Assembly: GCA_946965045.2 (NCBI GenBank)
Contig: OX337240.1
Location: 2,356,001 to 2,420,000 of the forward strand
Direction of reading: 5' to 3'
DNA: 64,000 bases
Source of the DNA: Epithemia pelagica
Taxonomy: Eukaryota > Protista > Bacillariophyta
Shown here: positions 57,082 to 64,000 of the stretch, piece after piece
How positions within the stretch are numbered: the stretch's first letter is position 1
Layout of the letters: each line of letters opens with the position of its first letter
The notes under the pieces: model-generated
The model's database searches: none
What the model was told of the DNA's origin: nothing
What the model saw: only the letters and a program-made list of their open reading frames with translations
Translations under genes and position numbers: made by a program

Positions 57082-57592
57082 TTACGATTGCCATCGTTGC
57101 TGTTCATCCAATTCTTCCAATTGTTTGTCAAGACGGGAAACATCGTCGACGTGGGACTTGCAGGCAATGGTATAGCCATACGCCATATCACATACTGTTC
57201 CAAGTGATCCCAAGGCAAACAACATTGCCAGACCATTTTTGGGTTTGGTCAAGAAGGAATAGCCCGTCACACTTGCCACGGCGGCCACGGTAAACATGTG
57301 TTGCTGAAACATACTGTCCAGCAACAAAAAGAGTGTTGGGTATGACAGATGTAGATACAACAGCACATAACCCCATTGTTGGAGAACGCAAACACAAGAC
57401 ATGAAACCAAGAATCAGCGTAGGAGTGACAAACAAAAGACAAGTATCATGATGAGTATCCTCTCCGTGTGGTTCTTTCTCGATAAACGTTTCCGAGATCA
57501 ACATGCATTGCTACTTGCTACTCCACGACGTACCATTCCGACAAGGCATTTCGAGCCTTTTTCTTGGCTTCTTTAATTTCGTCATATGACAT
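57082..57592 (-). CDS. Small two-exon membrane protein of unknown function
   Basis: Exon 1 MSYDEIKEAKKKARNALSE followed by a GTACGT donor; exon 2 has hydrophobic segments and ends LEELDEQQRWQS*. The exon junction is my inference. Confidence 0.45.
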
Positions 57593-58068
57593 GGTTGCCT
57601 CTTTGTGAGTGGAAAGAGAGATTGTTGTGTTGCCAATCGGAGATCTGAAAAAAAGTATCTTGATTTTAAGCACGACCTAAACGCGACTACATGGCAATCA
57701 GACTTCGAAGTCAGCTATGCATGCTACCTTATCCGTCGGACTATCTGAATGGGAGTGCTTAACTCCTGCAGTGGGAAATTCTACAGTGAGGCGAACGACA
57801 TGACAGAGCACGCCATCATATAATTTAGAACCCAAGATCTGTCGTCGTCTGCACTTCCGAGTCTATGAGGCGAAAGCCACGACCGTGGAAAGGCATAGAA
57901 GGACTGACAACAAACTTTGGAATCCCGTGGTGGAGTGCGAGCGCGAAACAATCCAATACAGCTGGATCGGGGTTGTGACTAGGTAGTAGTCGATGCTAGT
58001 GATGTCGCGCCACATCCAACAGAACGCAAGGAAGGAACCCTTCAAATTGGATTGGTGGTTCAGAGCTA

Positions 58069-61000
58069 CTACCACATCTTGTGGTCTTGCTCATGATCAG
58101 CATCAGCATCGCGGTCGTCTTCCGAGTCATTTCGCATGAGGGGAGAAGGTGTTTCAGAAGAAGACGTGGCAAAATGATGGTGCATCTCCTGTGCAAGATA
58201 ACCAAGGAACAGCAACCACTGATACGTGAGCTTTTCCTCGTGATTGTCGAGGACGAGCAGAAGCAGAAACCACCCAATACGCAGACGCACATACCATTTT
58301 GAGTTCCTCCATTTGGGCGGTCATTTGTTGTAGTTCCAGTTTCATGTCGCGTCGTACTTCCTGGACAATACGTTCCAAGGTTTGTTCCATGTACCGGATC
58401 CGTCCATTCCATTGTTGTTCGGTCGATGCTTCACTGGTAATGACTAGGATCTTGCCCTGCTCCAGACCGAACAGGTAACTCGCAACGCGTTTCACAAAGG
58501 CACGATTGATATGGTCCACCGTCTCCAAGACCTGACGGAGTCCCGGGGGCAAAGACTGACGAAACAAACCCTCGGTTGCAGCCAAGGCTGCCACCCAGAT
58601 ACCGGAGAACAAGACAATTCCGAGAATGACACCTGATTGTTGTTTATCAATGCACGTAGACAAATTGAGAAAAAACAAGGCACAACTCGAATCACTTCGC
58701 ATACATCGTCATAGTACACTTACAAATGATAAAGAGGGCAATGTCTTCATCGCCCGCATCGGAAAGGATGACGGCGGCATCAATCAAGAAGATCTGAGTA
58801 AATACGGTTGTTCCAAGAATGATGGATAACAGTGTCCAGCGACCAATGCGCTTGAGAGTTTTGATGGTGGAAATTTCCGATTCGCCTTGGCTACTTGTGT
58901 TATTGTTTGTGTGCAAAGAACTGCCATGATTGGTCCGATCCGGTTTTCTCAAAAAGGCTTCCAAGGCGTCATTCTGAGCCACAAACATAACTCGGGCTTT
59001 GCCAAAGAGTATATTGCTGCTCATGATGGACTTTTCATACGAGTCGGAAATAATGGCAATGAGGACGTTCAATAGAATGATAATGCCAAAAATGGTAAAA
59101 ATGATAAACAAAATGGACGAACCAATAGTCTCCGTGACATCGTCCAACTCAAAATCGCCCAGGAGAAACGCCTGTAGGAGTATATCGTAGCGCAACACAA
59201 TACGATGGCGAGGATTGTGAGATTCTGGAGAGCGCAAGCCTACATTCATACACACACAAGATACAGTTTCTTGTTGTTGTCACTTACATAGACACGAAGG
59301 TAGGATTCCCACGAGGAACTACAAAAATCTTCCGTCGAGGAACTTTCATGATCCTTGTCGTTGCAATACTCGCCCGAATTTTTGCCCCGCACCGCCACAT
59401 GGAACATGTCTCCAAACATGCAGATACAAACAAAGAGAACCACCATAAAGAGACGAATGTCGGACAAAATTTGCGTGAGGGATAGAACAAAGGTGGCCAT
59501 TTCCTTGTTGACCACCTTGAGAAAGGCCAAGACCTTGATCCACAAGAGACCAATGACAAAGGCATTGAGACCATTGAGAAAGGAGGAATGAAGTCGGTTC
59601 AAGGTGGTGGTGACCACTGTCAAAATCATCGCAAATAGGTCAAAGAGAGTCCACATGTTCCAAAATGCACTCCAAAAGGCCGATCGCGATACGGTCCGGA
59701 GAGCTCCGAGTTCGCAAAGCAGTCGAACCAGATAATGAGAACAAATGACATAGATATTCACAGAACTGGACACCATTCCTATAGGAGAACGTCAAGAAGG
59801 GGTAAAAAAGGCACACCAAAGCGGTAAACAACACACAGATTCATCATGGTAGAAAAGAAGAAAACACAGAATGAGACAATCCCCATTCTCTGCAGGCTAC
59901 TAGACAGGACAATGGCTTGAACATTTCAACATCTCCTCGTACCATCGGCAGACAATTCAATCGACGGTTTCAACTCGGCGTCATTGCGAAAGGCCAACAT
60001 GAGAGTCAAATGCAAGGACAAATCAATGAGTACCAGTCCCAAGACAAAGGGTCGTGAGAGTTTGTTGGACATGATATGCCAGGTGACAGAGGTGGAGGCG
60101 GCCCGTTCCAATTGATCTTCGTCCAAGGCCACAAGGGAGGCAATTATGCCTCGCAAGTGTCCGACGGCATCAAAGACGGCTTCCTTGGACTCGTGAAAGG
60201 CTTGCCAATCCTTGGGCAGGGGCGTTCCGACTCCACCGGTATAATCGTCAATGGTCGTATTGGAAATGAGTCCCAAAAAATCAACGCCCCGTCGAGAGGG
60301 GACACCACCATGTTTGAGCATACGGACCAACCACTTGTCAATAATGAGGGGACAGAGCAAGAGTCGTCGAAAGACGGTGGTTTCCAAGACTTTGGTTCGA
60401 GAATCGACCGCATCATCGTTCACCAACAAGACGGACCGTACTAGATTGGGCATGGTTTGGGCCAAGGCTTGGACCAAAATGGTTCGTTCGTCGCCCAAGG
60501 GCTTTTTGGACAGTTTGCTGCGAAAATTGGGAGAGGTATACCGTTGTCCCAAAAGTTCCATTTCGATCGACAACATGTCAAAACACCACAAGACTTCTTC
60601 CCAAAATTCGGTCCGTGGAAAATAATAACCCGCCTTGGTGCTACTACCACCACCACCATTTGGTTGAGATGTTGTTTGCCACAACCCCGATCGGCCTGGA
60701 TATTGTTCACTGCTGATATGATGGATTGTGGTGCCCTCTTGTTGTTGTTGTTGTTGTTGTTGCGGTGCTGTTGTGGTTGTAGTGTCGGTACCACGTCGTT
60801 GCGGTTCTCCTTGAGGAACATCGGTGACCCAATCGGCAAGGATGCGAAAAAAGGGCAACCAACCATTGTGATCGGGTGCAATCATGGCCAGCGGAAAGGC
60901 ATGCATGAGTTGAATGGCGACGGATTTGGCCAATTGTGGCTCACGGGAAATGAATTCTTCATTGTCGGCCAAGAGATGGAGTGGATATCGTCCTTGATCA

Positions 61001-61527
61001 TCTCGTGTTTGAATCGATTGGGGATATTGCTCAAGACACTCTTGTATGGCTTGCAAGCTTACCACTCCTGGACTACTGCACAACTTATGCAAGGCCCACG
61101 CATTGTTTGTATCTGGTTGAAATGGTTGTTGTTGTTGTCGTTGTTTGTTTCGTGCCTCACGAACATGTCGTGGAACGGTGATTCGTCGAAGAAAGGACCG
61201 TACCAAACTATTCTTCCTTTTGGTCGAGGTGGATCGAGGAAGGAGCGACAAGGATGGCCGTTGAGAAGCAGAAGCAGAATTTTGTGTGGTTGCTGCTAGT
61301 TGTGGATCCGAGGCGTCACCGTCGTTTTCCGGAATCCTTGGGGTCGTCGTCGTTGTCGCCTGCGTCATCGTCGCTACTGCCGGCTGCTGTTTGGGAAGAG
61401 AGGACGACTCATCGGTAATATTAGTAATATGGTCAGGGTCATCCTCTTGGGGACTTGTTGTTGTTGATGTTGCATGGTTGTATTCCATAAAAGGAGGATC
61501 TGTCCCTGGCGACGAGGACGACGACAT
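58069..61527 (-). CDS. TRP-family cation channel with ankyrin-like N-terminus (multi-exon)
   Basis: ALHKLC...RDDQGRYPLHLL; WTLFDL; WIKVLAFLKVVN...FVLSLTQILSDIRLFMVVL; pore/S6 LLGDFE...IIILLNVLIAIISDSYE. Last exon ends at 58069. Confidence 0.88.
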
Positions 61528-61585
61528 GACGACAAGGAAGAGTGATGATTGGCTTTTGTGTTGCTTGTTATCAAGAGAGGGCGTC

Positions 61586-61777
61586 TGATGTCTGATTCAC
61601 TTATTCGCGTTGTGGCAAAAAGCAAGTTCCTTATTCAACAAAAGACTAAGCTTAAGGTGCTACATTCCCTTTCCAGTACGGAGGTAATCGGTAATGACCG
61701 TTGGGCCTCATTTTTCCCCCATGACTCCCTATTACCCGTGAATCATTGATTCCCGCTCTATCAGTCAGAATGAAACA
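61586..61777 (-). repeat. 3' LTR of the copia element (~192 bp)
   Basis: On the minus strand the PPT-like TTGCGGGGAC is followed by TGTTTCATTC...GACATCA (TG...CA). The LTR end is inferred because the 5' LTR is outside the window. Confidence 0.7.
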
Positions 61778-61838
61778 GTCCCCGCAAGTATCATACATGG
61801 TACGTGAATGAACTTGGAACAACAGTCAAGCAAGATGC

Positions 61839-63954
61839 TTACAGGTTGTGGGCATTGGAGGAAGCGATTAAGGGTGGTCCTGATTGTCCGAAGGCGGATG
61901 AGTACGTAAACTGGGATACCAAGGCATTGCGCCGGTCCTGTGGAAGAATTTTCGTAAAAAGGTCAGCAATGTTGGATTCGGTATCTTCTTTCCCAACGCG
62001 AAGAATACAGGCGGCAGCGGCTTCGCGGACTGCGTGGTAGTTAATGGCGTTGAGTCGCTTGGAGAGGATAGACGAGGGAATACTGGTGTTCTTGACGACT
62101 CCACGATTATCGCACATGACATCGGCGGGCTCTGGCACAGGAACACCGAACATTCGTAATTTATAGCGGAGGGCGACAATCATTTCCTTCGCAATCCGCA
62201 TGGCAACGAACTTGCTCCCAAAGCTAGATGTCTCGACGGTGTTCTGCCTCTTGGAGAACCACAAGATGGGTGCATTTTGGACGAAAATCAAGACTCCACT
62301 GTGGGAGCGCCGAGTCACCAGGTTGCCCGCATGGTCGGCATCAACGAAGCAAGTGATCCTGACTGGCCTCCCGAGTGGTTCAGGCATGGTAGCGGGTAGT
62401 TCTTCTGCGACGTTGCCATAGAATTCCCGCCATTCATCAACCGGTACTTGTGCAAAACAGGTCTCATCAATTCGCACGTCCTTTGGGTCGAAGACAATCT
62501 TGAGTTTCAGGTACCTCTTGAGGAATGCAAAAATGTGGTACACAGCTTCGAGATGTCCGAACCTTGGATTGGCCAAATACTGGGACATGATAGATACCTC
62601 GAGGTAAATATCAACACGTCCAAGTTCAACGGCCCACCGTAAAATACCAATCAACTGTTGAAACCTGGTAGTGCCCTCTGGCCCCAGTTCGGGACTCGTG
62701 TCTAGCTCAGGCTTATATGAGGATATGACCGGCACCTTCGCTGTGGTTTTAAGGTGCTTGCCGTCCCCGTCTTTCTCCAACATATCCTCGACAATTCGCA
62801 CAGCATTGGTAATATATTTCTCACTTGTCATCCCCCAAGCCCAGCTACCATCCGGTAGGCTAGTATGTTTGTAGATCTGTGCCCCAAGGTACACACTGGG
62901 CTCGCCTGTGCTGCCTGCCTTAATCTTGTAATGACTGTCTATTTCGTCAAGAACAGGCTGTGGTTTCTCACTGACCAATAGGATATCGTCAACGTAGACC
63001 AATATTAGCTCGTAGTATTCCTCGCCCGACTCGCGCTTGGCCTTCCTTCTCAACACGCAAGGGTCTGCTCTCGTGTCTGCAAAGCCCATGTCGTACAGAG
63101 TATTCATCAAGGTCGCTCTCCAGCTCGCGCCCGATGACTTCAGCCCGTACAATGCTCTGGTCATGACACACACTTTCCCTTTGTCCTCCGTACCTACCTC
63201 AGAGCCACCTAGGAACCACACTTTCTCACGGCACGGCGCGTTTAGGTAGGCGTTACCAATATCGCACGCCAGGATGTTCAACCCATTCAACGCTGCAATC
63301 AACAAATGCCACTCGTATTGAGTCCCTGCTGACCACACTTGAGTAGGTTAGACTAGCCGGTGCGTCCGTCATGTGGCCACCCGCGACCAGCCGTGCTTTT
63401 CTTGTTAGGTCCATCTTGATGTCGAACACCATGTGACACTTAATTTCGGTGTAACCGACCAATTGTCGCCCGGCGCGCACTTCCCCCAAATCGAGATCTT
63501 CTCGTGATTCCCAGGATACATTAACTACTTTTAGTTCTTTCTCGATTGCCCTAGCCCAATAGTCGGTTCCCGTCTCCTTGTCGATCGCGAGTGCTTCATC
63601 AACCGAGTGCGGCAATCGAATTCCGAACTTTTCCGTCGTCTTCCAGTATTTCTTCTTTACCTTGTTAATCATCCTACGCATATGATTCAATGTCTGCGGA
63701 ACCCACCAGTGGAACGCCGGCTCGTTCTCTATTCCTTGGGCCACCGCGTATTCCGCCAGATCGATTGGATATCCGTCCTTGACATCTTTCAAGGGCATCC
63801 ATACTTGCGAACCATCCATGAGTTCGACCGCGATCTGCCAACCCTTTGTCGTCCTCTTTGGGTGCTTGTTTCCATTCTGCCCCAGAATGAATCCTTCGTC
63901 TCGTGGGACCGCGTCCCCGTCTTTCCTGTGCCCTACGATTTCCTTGAATAGCAA
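61839..63954 (-). CDS. Copia pol (RT-RNase H), frameshifted near 63304; continues beyond the window
   Basis: Two overlapping ORFs (63253..63954 and 61839..63338) join at RDSIRVAF/LIAALNG with one extra base. Confidence 0.85.
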
Positions 63955-64000
63955 GAATTCCTTGCCCTCGTCATCGATCTTGGCAAACAGGTTCTCTGCG

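Larger units (their letters stand above)
61586..64000 (-). mobile_element. Ty1/copia LTR retrotransposon (CoDi-like), 3' part
   Basis: RT motifs KARLVAGG, DIGNAYL, ALYGLKSSG, YVDDIL; RNase H FVDADHAG, SKRQNTVETS, MCDN, NIADLFTK; PPT and LTR. Confidence 0.95.

Overview
Eukaryotic nuclear DNA, most likely a pennate diatom (inferred from short GT-AG introns, a CoDi-like Ty1/copia element and silicanin-like/RXL cell-wall genes). No rRNA, tRNA or CRISPR was seen. The left ~28 kb is transposon-rich: a Crinkler/RHS-type NTPase-nuclease gene, a nest of MITE-like elements forming a ~2 kb palindrome, a 1.6 kb TIR element with a perfect 10-bp TSD, a head-to-head pair of nearly identical UDP-glucuronate 4-epimerases, an HNH-like nuclease gene and several disabled genes. 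It also holds an apparently intact 5.9 kb Mutator-like element (MULE). This MULE carries a DDE/SWIM transposase, a convergent second gene with a PHD/ADD-like Cys cluster and an HxD motif, and a 175-bp ABAB tandem array. A short element with the same two ends lies 2.4 kb upstream in the opposite orientation. The right half is mostly host genes: proteasome beta3-like with an N-terminal extension, kelch, PPR, silicanin-like, LRR, GK-repeat secreted protein, SAP-like membrane protein, TAM41 and a TRP channel. The window ends in a copia retrotransposon whose 3' LTR sits 58 bp upstream of the TRP start codon. The best candidate for a new system is the MULE accessory gene plus tandem array, a possible transposon-encoded anti-silencing module; this is inference and needs structure searches. 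All family assignments are from motif recognition by eye, and no database search was run.
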